From assembly GCA_964016885.1 (NCBI GenBank), contig OZ024756.1, positions 18,972,001 through 19,036,000 of the forward strand: a DNA stretch of 64,000 nucleotides. The letters run 5' to 3'. The position numbers and the translations under genes were made by a program. The stretch comes from Eledone cirrhosa (lineage: Eukaryota). Under the pieces are notes generated by a model. The model worked only from the letters and a program-made list of their open reading frames with translations. It did no database searches and had not been told where the DNA came from. Below are positions 42,696 to 56,606 of this stretch, one piece after another (within the stretch, counting starts at the first letter, position 1; every line of letters begins with the position of its first letter).

Positions 42696-43300
42696 TTTCA
42701 AGCTTGAAAAAAACAAAACAAAAACAAAAAATAACAATCAAAATATTCAAACAGTTGAAATTTTCTTTGCCCCAGCTAACTGAATGTCCCTGATTAACCC
42801 TGAGTTCCCAAACTACATTGATCCATTATACTTCAACGCCACAGTTGATTGTTTTGCCTTAATTATTAATTATAATTTAAATTTGAAAATATAGATATCT
42901 AGACACAGAGTCACTACAAATATAATGATAATAGTGTTATAAAATTGTGCAAAGTACCATCTGGGACAGACAATATGTGGCCAACATACAGTTTAAAGGC
43001 TGGTGTCCATTATATCAGATTTCCATAACCAACGGTAACATAATGAAACTATACTGATGAAAATGTTGATTAAATAGAATTATACTAACAATATAGTGGT
43101 CACAGTAGATAGAATGAGAAATTATTAAAATAATAGTGAGGTGGTGGCCACAGTAGATAGGACCTGCTCAAGATTGTGTAGCAATTCACCTGCTGAACAA
43201 ACTAGAGTCACGTTCTGTTTATCAACATTTGAATTATCGCAATTCTAATGAAACCTTTATGTTTGTAATGTTAACATATCCTCCTTGTTGTCTATCCCAG

Positions 43301-43603
43301 GCACAAAAACACAACTGCAGTGGCCCAGTATGTGGCCCGAAGCCTCATGAATCAAGGGAAGTTAACTTTGATCCAGAAGTAATGCGTGCTGGCGAAGGGA
43401 TCATCGGACTTCAAGCCGGAAGCAACAAATTTGCGACACAAAAAGGAATGAGCTTCGGAGCTGTCCGTCACATAAATGACATTAAATCTGATGAAGTGTC
43501 CGAAGAAGGCAAGCGTACCATCAACCTCCAATATGGGTTCAATCACGGAGCAACCCAATCAGGAATGACCTTTGGAAAAAATAGATCTGTTGTAGATCTG
43601 TAA
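43301..43603 (+). CDS. Calponin-family terminal exon F (100 aa, 2 repeats)
   Basis: Same acceptor, with a divergent last repeat INLQYGFNHGATQSGMTFGKNRSVVDL*. Confidence 0.85.
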   Translation, partial: AQKHNCSGPVCGPKPHESREVNFDPEVMRAGEGIIGLQAGSNKFATQKGMSFGAVRHINDIKSDEVSEEGKRTINLQYGFNHGATQSGMTFGKNRSVVDL

Positions 43604-44707
43604 GTTCACACCTATAAAGGTGTAATGAAAATGTTCAAAGAGTCGTAATTATCTTAACATATGCTATTTCCATGTCACCGCTTAATGCTTAATGAACTTC
43701 ACAAAGCACCTTGTTCAGTTACGCTTCACCATCACAGCTTGCTTCTTGCTTCTTGTTTTTTGCCTTAATAATTATTATTAACCCATATTGATCCCTGGTT
43801 TGTCTGGGAGATCAATAGGCACTGCACCAGACTTGGTCTATGTAGACCCGTCTAACCCTTGCTAGCGATGTTAAAATGACGACAATAATGATTGACAAGA
43901 TTGCTGATTCAACAACAACAACTGGCAGAACAAATAACTGTTTCCACTCTTCAACATCTTACTGAAGTAAGAATGGAAAGCATGAAATAAATTAAGAGAT
44001 GGATGTTTTTTAAACATTTTTCTCAGATTGAAAGATCTAGTTTCCAGAAATACAGCAGTCATAATAATCTGTCTGTCTCAAGCCAGGAGGCTCGTTAGAC
44101 TGGTGTTTATCCCAGTTTCGTGGCATGAAGTGACTGAGAGTACAATACTCCCCACTGGACAGGATGCTAGTCCATCGCAGAGTTAAACATCCAGCTATTG
44201 CTGGTACTCATTTTCAGCTGAGTATACTGGAGCAACGTGAAATGAAGTTTTTTTGCTCAAGAACACAACACACAACCCAGCCAAGGAATCGAACCCACGA
44301 CATTATGATCATAAGTTCAAACTCTTACCACTAGGCCACGCACCTCCACACCAGTTATACAGCAATCATAATAATCATACCACTAGGTCACATGCTTCCA
44401 TTGAGTATACTGGAGTAATGTGAAATGAAGTGTTTTACTCAAGAACACAACACACAACCCAGCCTAGGAATCGAACTCATGGCATTATGATCATAAGTTC
44501 AAACTCTTACCACTAGGCCACGCACCTCCACACCAGTTATACAGCAATCATAATAATCATGAATCCAGCACAATAATCTTGCTTTGGTCTGTATCAGCAC
44601 GGTAAATATATCCAAAATGTCTTGTGTAATTATCTAAATTGATTATAATCATTTATAAATATCATATGTGTAAATGGATTTGAGGTAAAAAACTACCATT
44701 TTTAGTA

Positions 44708-44761
<54 letters not shown>

Positions 44762-44895
44762 GTATGTATATATATGTATATGTGCCTGACAAGTAAAGAC
44801 TACCTTGACACATCCAGCAGTAAATACAATTACTCCAGCATGGAACCGATCCAAATATGCAAATTAGAAAAAAAAGAAAAACCTGAAAATGCAGC

Positions 44896-44932
<37 letters not shown>

Positions 44933-45049
44933 CATATATACATGAATAAACAAGTAATACAGATATGATGTCTCCCATTGAAAATGACAGATGAACACTC
45001 CGGACACAAAGGATACAATATAGATTATATACACACATACATAAATACA

Positions 45050-45090
<41 letters not shown>

Positions 45091-46185
45091 TCACACACAT
45101 ATACATATATACCTGTGTATGTATATGTTTTCATATGTGTATATATATATATGTGTGTGTTTATGTGTGTGTAAGTTGGAATAATATAGTTCCTCTCTCA
45201 CTGTTAACTATGAAACTATGAAACTGAAAGATTCATGCCTGTTTGTCAGCCAGGCAGACTTTGGTAGGTAAAATTAAGTGCCTTAGCCAAGAACACATCG
45301 CAACTCCCAGATATTTTGTCAAATGCAGGAGAACATTTTAGAACTATATTATAAACAATTATTTATTTAACGGCATTTGGATAAACATGTTTACCATTGC
45401 ATGTATGTTTGTGATATCTTTATTATCAACCACCAACAGCTTTCGTGTTGTATAGTAAATAAATATTGATATATCTATTCATCTGTCTTTTGTTTTTCTT
45501 TTGTTGTTGTTTTTGTTGTTTAACTCCAATTCATCTCAGATAGAACAAACCTATGATCTGAGATGCAAAGCCAATAAAATTGTTTAATAGAAATATTGTC
45601 AATGTTGTTTAAACTCTATATCTGAATTAACAAGGACAAATAATGCAATGTGTAATTGTTGAAATAAAATTTATGCTCCTCTCTTCACAGATACAGCAAG
45701 ACTAAGTCAAGCATTTATAGAGCCAATATTTCTTCCACTGGAGTATCTACATTGGCATTATAAGAGGTAAATTCATAAAGCACTACCCGAATCATACTAC
45801 CGCTTACTGGTATGAAGGTAATATAAACTCTACAGCCCTATCCAGTTGTGTATGGAAGTTGCAAATATAGTGGTGAAGTTAATTTTAACATTAAAGAAAC
45901 AATTGTAGATTTATAGTAAAGTTTAGTTGCATGGTTCCAGTAACTGCTGTCTCTGCACTACAGAAAAATACAGAAGACCACTAAAACTATTTCACCATAT
46001 GATCCCCAACATCACCTTCTCTTTAACCACTCAAGAGTAAGCTGGTTAACTCCATCCAAAATAAATTGGGCTTAATTAGTATAAGAATGCAAGGCTTCAT
46101 TAATTTCGAAATTCATCACAGTAGAATATTACCAAAGTAAATACAAAACTTTCTTTGGGAATTCAGAAAAGAATATGACACCATA

Positions 46186-46257
46186 ATATATATATATATA
46201 CATATACATATATATATGTATATATATATATATATGTATACATATATATATGTATAC

Positions 46258-46293
<36 letters not shown>

Positions 46294-46405
46294 GTATACA
46301 TATATATATATGTATACATATATGTATACATATACATATATATATATATGTATACATATATGTATACATATACATATATATATATATGTATACATATATG
46401 TATAC

Positions 46406-46436
<31 letters not shown>

Positions 46437-46515
46437 CATATATGTATACATATATATATATATATATATGTATACATATATGTATACATATACATATATA
46501 TATATATATGTATAC

Positions 46516-46548
<33 letters not shown>

Positions 46549-46559
46549 TATATGTATAC

Positions 46560-46622
<63 letters not shown>

Positions 46623-46701
46623 CATATATATCATCATCATCATCATCATCATTTTACGTCCGCTTTTCCCTGCTTGCAAGGGTGGGACGATATATATATA
46701 C

Positions 46702-46732
<31 letters not shown>

Positions 46733-46767
46733 CATATATATATGTATACATATATATATATATACAT

Positions 46768-46800
<33 letters not shown>

Positions 46801-46928
46801 TATATACACATATATATATATATATATACATATATACACATATATATATATATATATACATATATACACATATATATATATACACATATATATATGTATA
46901 CATATATATATGTATACATATATATATG

Positions 46929-46992
<64 letters not shown>

Positions 46993-47101
46993 TATATATA
47001 CACATATATATATGTATACATATATATATGTATACATATATATATGTATACATATATATATGTATACATATATATATATATATATATATACATATATATA
47101 C

Positions 47102-47134
<33 letters not shown>

Positions 47135-47145
47135 CATATATATAC

Positions 47146-47197
<52 letters not shown>

Positions 47198-47327
47198 GTA
47201 TACATATATATATATGTATACATATATATACATATATATATATATGTATACATATATATACATATATATATATATGTATACATATATGTATACATATATA
47301 TATATATTTATACATATATATGTATAC

Positions 47328-47359
<32 letters not shown>

Positions 47360-47477
47360 ATATATGTATACATATATATATACATATATATATACATATA
47401 CATATATATATATACATATATATATATACATATATATATATACATATATATATATACATATATATATATACATATAC

Positions 47478-47522
<45 letters not shown>

Positions 47523-48122
47523 CATATATATATATACATATATATATATATACATATATATATATACATATATATATATGTATACATATATATATATATG
47601 TATACATATATATATATATGTATACATATATATATATATATATGTATACATATATATATATATGTATACATATATATATATATGTATACATATATATATA
47701 TATGTATACATATATATATATATGTATACATATATATATATATGTATACATATATATATATACATATATATATATACATATATATATATATGTATACATA
47801 TATATATATACATATATATATATATGTATACATATATATATATGTATACATATATATATATACATATATATATATATGTATACATATATATATATACATA
47901 TATATATATGTATACATATATATATATACATATATATATATATGTATACATATATATATATACATATATATATATATGTATACATATATATATATGTATA
48001 CATATATATATATACATATATATATATATGTATACATATATATATATACATTATATATATATGTATATATGTATATATATATATATGTATACATATATAT
48101 GTATATATATATATATGTATAC

Positions 48123-48168
<46 letters not shown>

Positions 48169-48174
48169 GTATAC

Positions 48175-48210
<36 letters not shown>

Positions 48211-48356
48211 GTATACATATATATATATACATATATATATATGTATACATATATACATATACATATATATATATACATATATGTATACATATATATATAT
48301 ACATATATATATATATATGTATACATATATATATATATACATATATATATATATGT

Positions 48357-48430
<74 letters not shown>

Positions 48431-48480
48431 ACATATATATATATATGTATACATATATATATATACATATATATATATAC

Positions 48481-48511
<31 letters not shown>

Positions 48512-48597
48512 CATACATATATATACATATATATATATATATACATACATATATATACATATATATATATATATACATACATATATATACATATATA

Positions 48598-48637
<40 letters not shown>

Positions 48638-48694
48638 CATACATATATATACACATATATATACACATATATATATATATACATATACATATAC
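46186..48694. repeat. 2.5-kb compound (TA)n/TACA/TGTA microsatellite with a ~60-bp retroposon tail embedded at 46631-46690
   Basis: Seen directly; it is the source of the 600-865 aa Y/I ORFs. Confidence 0.95.
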
Positions 48695-50190
48695 ATCATC
48701 ATCATCATTTTAAGTCCGCTTTTCCCTGCTTGCAAGGGTGGGACTGTCCTATTCAGCATCTCTCCACTTGTCAAGTTCCTTTGTCATCTCCTCTGCGAGT
48801 CTCAATGATTTGAGGTCCGCTCTCACCACCTCTGCCCAAGTCCTCCTTGGTCTACCTCTTCTGGAGTTCCTACCATATATGGTCTTCCTCTACTGCATCT
48901 TCCTTCTACTGGGATTTCTTGGCACTTCTTTACCCAGCAGTCTTCTCTCCTGCACACCACAACTTATCCCTCTTATATCCAGTTTCTTTCTCAACTCATC
49001 TATGCTTGGTCATTCACGCACATCCGACGGAGCATGCTTGTTTCATTTCTCTCCAGCTGTCGCATATCCTCTGCAGTTGCTGCCCATGTCTCACTACCAT
49101 GCAGCATCGTGCATCTCACACAGGCATCATACAACCAGCCTTTCGTACGCAGGGAGAATCCCTTCTAGTCAAGCAGCTCCCTAAACTTCTTCCAACCCGT
49201 CCTTATTCTAGATACTATGGCCTCGGAACACCCCCCTCCCATGCTAATCTGATCACCTAGGTACCAGAAGCTATCAACCACTTCTATAGAACCCACTTGC
49301 ATTGGAAAAATGTGTCTATCACTGCAACTTCTACTGTCAAATTTCCCTGTACATCTACTGCATATGTAGTTTTCCCTACCTGTTAGTTTGCCTGTTATCC
49401 CACTACATCTCTTGTGTACCCAAGATCTGCATTGCGTACATTTTATGGAATTTATGCCAGTTCCTTTTCTACATATCGAACATGGCCATTTCCCTGATGG
49501 AATCGGAGTATTGTCCTCTCTTCTACTTATCAACACTTTTGTCTTAGCTATGTTCACTTTCAGTCCTCTTGATTCCAACTGCTGTTTCCATAGCCAGAAT
49601 TTATTCTCTAGCTCCTCTACTGATTCTGCTATAAGAACCAGATCGTCAGCATAGAGAAGTTCCCATGGACATCCAGATTTAAACTCCTCTGTTATGGCTT
49701 GGAGGACTATAATGAACATGAGTGGGCTGAGGACCAAACCCTGATGTACACCTACTTGTATCTGGAATTCCTCACTAAACTCGATTCCTACTCTCACTTT
49801 ACTGACAGCACCCCTTGGAGTCCTCACAAGCCATTCCTCTACACCTAGTTTCCTTAGGGACCACCAGATGACAGATTGGAGTACCCTATCAAAGGCCTTC
49901 TCTAGGTCAACAAAAGCTAAGTATAGTGGCTTATTCTTCTCTAAGAACATCTCTTGTAGTTGTCTCACTAAGAAGAGGGCATCTGTTGTACTTTTCCGAG
50001 GCACAAAATCAAACTGCATCTCATCTAATTTGACCCTTTCTCTAATCAGTTGCGCTAATATTCTCTCTGCCACTTTCATAACCTGATCTATCAGCTTTAT
50101 GCCCCTATAATTGCTCCTCTACAGAGCATCCGCTTTACCTTTGTAGCAATTTATGAGAATACTGCTGCACCAGTCTTTGGGTATGACACC
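48695..50190 (-). mobile_element. RTE-clade LINE fragment with RT domain, partly deleted
   Basis: Encodes AFVDLEKAFDRV, GVHQGLVLSPLMF, LLYADDLVL, a Cys-rich insert (CSIC...CTQC...HKRC...CSRC) and FWYLGD, and ends in a (GAT)n tail. Confidence 0.92.
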
Positions 50191-50325
50191 ATATAAAAAT
50201 GTCATTTTTGTTCCATGATAAAAAGCATCCAGTCCAAGCTGTAATGTGGTCATGCTGATGACATGACAAAAAGCACCCAGTCCAAGCAATCAGAAGAATT
50301 GCAGAAAAACAAACATAAATTCCAT

Positions 50326-50369
<44 letters not shown>

Positions 50370-50816
50370 TTATTATTCATTTAAAATATTTTTTATAACA
50401 CCATTAATTTTCGTAAATTCAAGTATTAAAATACAAATACAGAATGATAAGTCAATAAGTTATTAAAATACAATCTCAGATTCATTATATATATTAAAAG
50501 GTACATTGAAAAGGGGTTATTCAGCATGCAACTGAAAGATGAAAATATTTATGGAAATAACTCAAGATATATATATAAATATACATATGTAGGTGACATG
50601 ACAAAAAGCACCCACTCCACACTGTAAAGTGATCGTGTAGGAGATACGGTAAAAATGGCTTCTAGTCCACACTGTAAATGTGGTTGGCATTAGGAAGGGC
50701 ATCCTGTAATAGAAAACCTGCCACAGTTACCCGACCAATCTTGCCTCAAGTGGGACAAACCCGTCCAACCCGTTCTAACGTGGAAAATGAACGTTAAACG
50801 AGGATGATGATGATGA

Positions 50817-50853
<37 letters not shown>

Positions 50854-50954
50854 TATAATGTATATATATGTGTGTATATATATATATATACATTGTAGAT
50901 CTATCTTACAAGTATCCTTGACATAAAAATGCAAACTGGTATATATATCATTTG

Positions 50955-50985
<31 letters not shown>

Positions 50986-51414
50986 CAATAATTTCTTACA
51001 TAGGCACAAGGCTAGGAATTTCAGATGCCGGGTAACAAAATCAATATATTTTATCGATCCCAGTAATCATGAAAGGGCACGATTTGAACTCAGAACATAA
51101 AAAGCCAGAACAAATACTGCAAGGTATTTCTTCCAATATTCTAATGATCTTTATAATCCACAACACTTCCAATAATTATAATAATAGTTTCTGATTTAAG
51201 CACAAGGTCAGCAATTAAATCAACCCCAGTATGTCACTGGTACTTTATTTTATCGACCCCGTAAGGATGAAAGGAAAAGCTAATCTCAGCGGGATTTGCA
51301 CTCAGAATGTAAAGGGCCATAACTATATGCCACAAAGCATAATATACCAATGCTCTACCGATACTGCCAATCCATAATAATAATAATAATAACAATAATA
51401 ATAGTGAAGTAAGA

Positions 51415-51815
51415 AATGGTATGAACACCAACCGGAAATGGTGGCTGGAAATGAACAGTATAAGATCTTTTGTGACATGACATTCAGTGTGACCATTTTA
51501 TCGTGGCTAGAAAGCCCGACATTGTTGTCTTAGATAGGAAGAATAACAAGGCATGTATTGTGGACCACAGGTTAAATGAGAAGGAAAGTGAGAAAGTTGA
51601 AAAATAGCAGGAAAATTGAAGAGAGAATTCAGGAAACAGTGGAGAATCAGATACATAGAAGTGGTACCAATTGTGGTTGGTACACTGGGAGAAGTTAGTA
51701 GAAAGTTAGACGTATGACTTGAGAAGCTAGGAATTACCATCAGGAGAGGATTGTTGCAGAAAACAGTCTTGCTAGGAACAGCAAGGATTCTAAGGAAGGT
51801 GTTGGAAAGTTGAAG
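51415..51815 (+). mobile_element. R4/Dong-like non-LTR retrotransposon, restriction-like endonuclease fragment
   Basis: Encodes ARKPDIVVLD...IEVVPIVVGTLGEV...LLQKTVLLGTARILRKVL, with stop codons. Confidence 0.75.
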
Positions 51816-54365
51816 GAGATGGAATGACCCAAAGACCTTTGGCCATTGGTTATGGTTCGCTCTTTTGGTATAGTGTTGGTATAACATCAGTTGGTATAGT
51901 GTTGGTATAACATCAACCAGAGCAAAAGAATTACGAAAAATAATAATAATTGTTTTATACTTTTGTCACAAGGCCAGCAGTTATCCCAGTGTATTACTGG
52001 TACTTTATTTTATCGACCCCATAAGGATGAAAGGCAAAGATAACCTCGGCGGGATACAAGGCCAACAATTTTGGGGAAGGGTAAAGTCAATTAAATTGAC
52101 CTTAGTGCATTACTGGTACTTTATTTTATCAATCCTGTAAGGATGAAAGGCAAAGCTAACCTTGGCAGGATTTGAACTCAGAACATAAAGGGCCATAACA
52201 CTATGCTGCAAAGCATGGTGTCCAACACTCGACTAATACTGCCAATCCACCACCCTCACGAATAATAAAATAATAGTAATAATAATAATTTCTAACACAG
52301 GTACAAGACCAGAAATTTAGAAAAAAGAATCAACCCCATTATTTGACTGAAAAGTAAAGCTGAAACCATGGGGATTTGAACCCAGAACATAGAGGTATCA
52401 AATACATCAGTGTATGTGGTTTGACTCATAAAATATTTCAAATTCAGGTTATTGAACTACAAAACTAAATGCCTTGATATATAGAGGCAAGAATTTTACC
52501 ATCATAACTAAACTAACCAGACTTGAGCTAGCAGGTGGCCCATTACATAATTACTATTACAGTCAGAAAAACCAACCAAATCTCCTTCAAGCTACATTTT
52601 ACTGCCTTAACCTGTTGACTGCTGAGTATATTTTACACAACTACAGTTGCTGTGCCGGTTTTTTTTCTTTTCAGTAAAATGACTATTTTGATTGACTAAC
52701 ATCACATCAATAAACTAGTAACCCCATCTAGCTTTGAAGTTATGAACTGTTGGAAAGGAGTTCAAACATGTTAGGACGAGTTATCTTGTCTGTAACACTG
52801 GAATGCATACATGTTAGGACAAATTATCTTATCTACAGCACTGAAGAGGTTAAAAAGGGAGGGATACAGTGGATAAATGTAGTTCTAGAAGTAGCATGCC
52901 TGAGGGTGAAGGAAAAATGACATCATCATGGTTTAAAAGCTTTTTACCGATCAGTATTGAACCCCAGCGATAAGCACCGGCCTGATGAGTCTCCAGGTTG
53001 AAGACAGACTTTAACCCTGCGATGACTGGGATAAACAGCAGCCTGGTGAGTCTCCTGGCTTGAGACAGGCTTTAGACATAAACAATGAATTTCAGGTACT
53101 TCTTTCATCAAACCTGACTGGATTTTTGCTTGGTAAAGTCAATAGGCGAAACTAAATACTATGAAGTATTTTATAGCTTGGTGGTCTACCATTTCTGCCA
53201 GCTTATTACCCTGTGTATGACCAGTCTTTAATAATGATTAGTGTAATTAGTTCAATTAGAGTAATTAGTGAAAAATTAATTATTATTCCAAGAGAGACAT
53301 TGGCAGTTGTCAGGGTAGACTGAAATAACTTTGAAAGGGAGGTAATTCTATGTAGGCAGTATGGGTGGAAAGGGAGGTAATTCTATGTAGGCAGTATGGG
53401 TGGAAAGGGAGGTAATTCTATGTAGGCAATATGGGTGGAAAGAGAGCAGAATGGTTTATAAAGGTGGGGTGGGGAGATGGGGCGGAAATTAGGGGGAAAA
53501 GAGAGGAGATTGGTGAGAATGGAGGAGAGAGGGGTGAGAGAAAGAGAGAAGAGAGGGAGAGCAAGGGAGAGAGAAGGAGAATGAGAGAGAGGGGAGGTTT
53601 GATAAAAGCTGAATATAAATAAAAACTGAAAATGTTTGTAGAAATAATTGTTTCTATTTTAGGCACAAGGCCAGCAATCACCCAGTGCATTACTGGTACT
53701 TTATTTTATTGACTCCGTAAGGATGAAAGGCAAAGTTAACCTCGGCGGGATTTGAACTCAGAATGGCAAGGGCCGTAACTCTATGCATCAAAGCATGGTG
53801 TCCGACCCTCTACCAATACTGCTAATCCACTGTTTGTAGAAATAATTGTTTCTACTTTTGGCACAAGGCCAGCAATTACCCAGTGCATTACTGGTACTTT
53901 ATTTTATCGACCCCGTAAGGATGAAAGGCAAAGTTAACCTCGGCGGGATTTGAACTCAGAATGACAAGGGCCGTAACTCTATGCATCAAAGCCTCTACCG
54001 ATACTCCAAGAAATAATGGAATTTGAAGAGGACCACACAAGTTAATAGCTGCCCGTCATGGTATACTCTACAAAAGCACTTTTATAAAAGTAAGAAATAT
54101 TAAAAACATTTGAGGTATTTTATAACAATTTCATTAAGACATCCCTAATGAAATATACTGTGTAGTTATATTGTGTGTTTACACTATCTGTGTAGTTACA
54201 TTGCCTGTGTATTTACACTACCCATGTAGCTACACTACATATATATTTACACTGCCTGTCTGTTAACTCTACCTGTATGTTTACACTACCTGGGTGTGTT
54301 TACCTGTGTGTTTCAGTTAATTTTGAAGTTAATCATGATCTGAAAGGGAGTTATAGAAAAATATA

Positions 54366-54690
54366 TTTGAGGGTCGACTGAAAAGTTGATAGGGTCACCT
54401 CAGCATAGAAAGGGCCATAACTAAATGCAGCAAAAGCATTTAGTTATATAAACATACATTCAATTCTATCTGGAGAGTGTGTCATGTACAGAGTATAACA
54501 TGTGTAGAGTGTCATAGGTTGACTATGAAAGAGTTATGCTTGTGCTGTGAAATCTTTTATGCATTTATTTTCACCTCTCATTAATAACTGCATTGTTTCT
54601 TTCCAGAGACTATGTTGAAAAATAAACCTCATTTGGTCATTCCATGAGAGTATCTTGGTCAGCCTATGGACTTTTCAGTTGACCCTCATA
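54366..54690. mobile_element. Mariner-derived MITE, same family as 32707-33399
   Basis: ~30-bp TIRs: TGAGGGTCGACTGAAAAGTTGATAGGGTCACC and GGTCAGCCTATGGACTTTTCAGTTGACCCTCA. Confidence 0.75.
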
Positions 54691-54914
54691 AAACTAGAAT
54701 CAGTTCTTAACTTATATATGCACACTTTGAAATGAGACATTTTGTATCATAGAGTGGTCTCATTATGGGTTGATATTAAAAAGGTTTTTAAAATAGGGGA
54801 CCTGAAACACTTGCTTTAAGAAGAGAGATGGGTTCATTCTCTGAAGACCTTCTGGCCAGCTCTCTGAAAGTTTCTTACCACCGGGATGGTATAAAACAAG
54901 GCATGAGAAAAGGG

Positions 54915-55865
54915 ATCTTAGAGAGGTCTTTTCTCAGCACAAGAATTGGAACAACAATAACAAAAAAGGGGTCTTAGATGGCTCTTTTCTCAGCACAAGA
55001 ATTACAGCAACAAAAAAGGGGGTTAGAAGTGTCTTTTCTCATCACAAGAATTACAACAAAAAAGGGGGTTAGAAGTGTCTTTTCTCATCAAAAGAATTAC
55101 AACAAAAAAAGGGGGTTAGAAGAGTCTTTTCTCATCACAAGAATTACAACAACAAAAAAAGGGGATTAGAAGAGTCTTTTCTCATCAAAAGAATTACAGC
55201 AACAAAAAAGAGGGTTAGAAGAGTCTTTTCTCATCAAAAGAATTACAACAACAAAAAAGGGGTTAGAAGAGTCTTTTCTCATCACAAGAATTACAACAAA
55301 AAAGGGGGTTAGAAGTGTCTTTTCTCATCACAAGAATTACAACAAAAAAGGGGGTTAGAAGAGTCTTTTCTCATCACAAGAATTATAACAACAACAAAAG
55401 GGGATTAGAAGAGTCTTTTCTCATCAAAAGAATTACAGCAACAAAAAAGAGGGTTAGAAGAGTCTTTTCTCATCAAAAGAATTACAACAACAAAAAAGGG
55501 GTTAGAAGAGTCTTTTCTCATCACAAGAATTACAACAAAAAAGGGGGTTAGAAGTGTCTTTTCTCATCACAAGAATTACAACAAAAAAGGGGGTTAGAAG
55601 AGTCTTTTCTCATCCCAAGAATTACAACAACAAAAAAAGGGGGTTAGAAGGGGGGTTTTTTATCGCAAGAGTTACAGCAAAAAAAAGGGTCTTAGATGGG
55701 TCTTTTCTCAGCACAAGAATTACAACAAAAAAAGGGGGTTAAGAATTTCAGCAACAATAAAAGGGGTCCTAAATGGGTCTTTTCTCAGCACAAGAATTAC
55801 AGCAACAAAAAAGGGGGTTAGAAGAGTCTTGTCTCGTCACAAAAATTGCAACAACAATAACAAAA
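54915..55865. repeat. ~46-51-bp minisatellite, ~19 copies
   Basis: Unit GGGTTAGAAGAGTCTTTTCTCATCACAAGAATTACAACAA(A)n. Confidence 0.92.
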
Positions 55866-56372
55866 AGGAACTTTTGGGTGAAATAATATGCATATTTATA
55901 AGAAACTTTAAGTCAGTACGTCTTGTAAAAATATTGGTTTCTGATTTCGGCACAAAGCCAACAATTTGGGGGGAGGGGAAAGTCAATTAAATCGACCCCA
56001 GTGCATTACTGGTATTTTATTTTATTGACCCCGTAAGGATGAAAGGCAAAGTCTTGTAAAAATATTAAAAACTGAAAATAAAGATAAAATCTTTGTGAAA
56101 GGAAAATTAAATAGAGAATCATTAAGTAGAGTTCTATAACAAAATAGAGAACTGGTATGTAACTTACAATACAGTTCTATAACAAAATAGAGAACAGTTC
56201 TATACAATCTATAACACAGAAAACTGGTATAGTTCAGTGAAAATGTTAGAAATAACAGTGAAATGTACCTCAAATTACACACCCCAACATCACCACACAA
56301 TCTTTAAAAAAAAAGAACATAACTAAAGAAAGATGAGACAGTCATGGCTGGAGTGCCTTTAAAAATAGGTCA

Positions 56373-56606
56373 GCTCAACCAGAGTTGACCTGGAGCTGAG
56401 CAGCTCAAATGATATTTAATCAAAAGATAGTTAATTTAGGTATAAGTTCAGCTCAACCAATATTAACCTGGAGCTGAGCAGCTCAAATGATATTTAATCA
56501 AAAGATAGTTAATTTAGGTATAAGTTCAGCTCAACCAATATTAACCTGGAGCTGAGCAGCTCAAATGATATTTAATCAAAAGATAGTTAATTTAGGTATA
56601 AGTTCA
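56373..56606. repeat. 78-bp tandem repeat, 3 copies
   Basis: CCTGGAGCTGAGCAGCTCAAATGATATTTAATCAAAAGATAG occurs three times. Confidence 0.9.

Noticed and set aside
23427-43603. The six exons as processed pseudogenes or as one concatenated multi-exon CDS
   Set aside because: Each keeps intron sequence and an acceptor, has no poly(A) remnant, and ends in a stop codon, so they cannot be joined into one reading frame.
46116-48813. ORFs of 488-865 aa rich in Y/I/H/T, and similar ORFs at 4690 and 15462-15902
   Set aside because: They are translations of (TA)n-type microsatellites, which lack stop codons.
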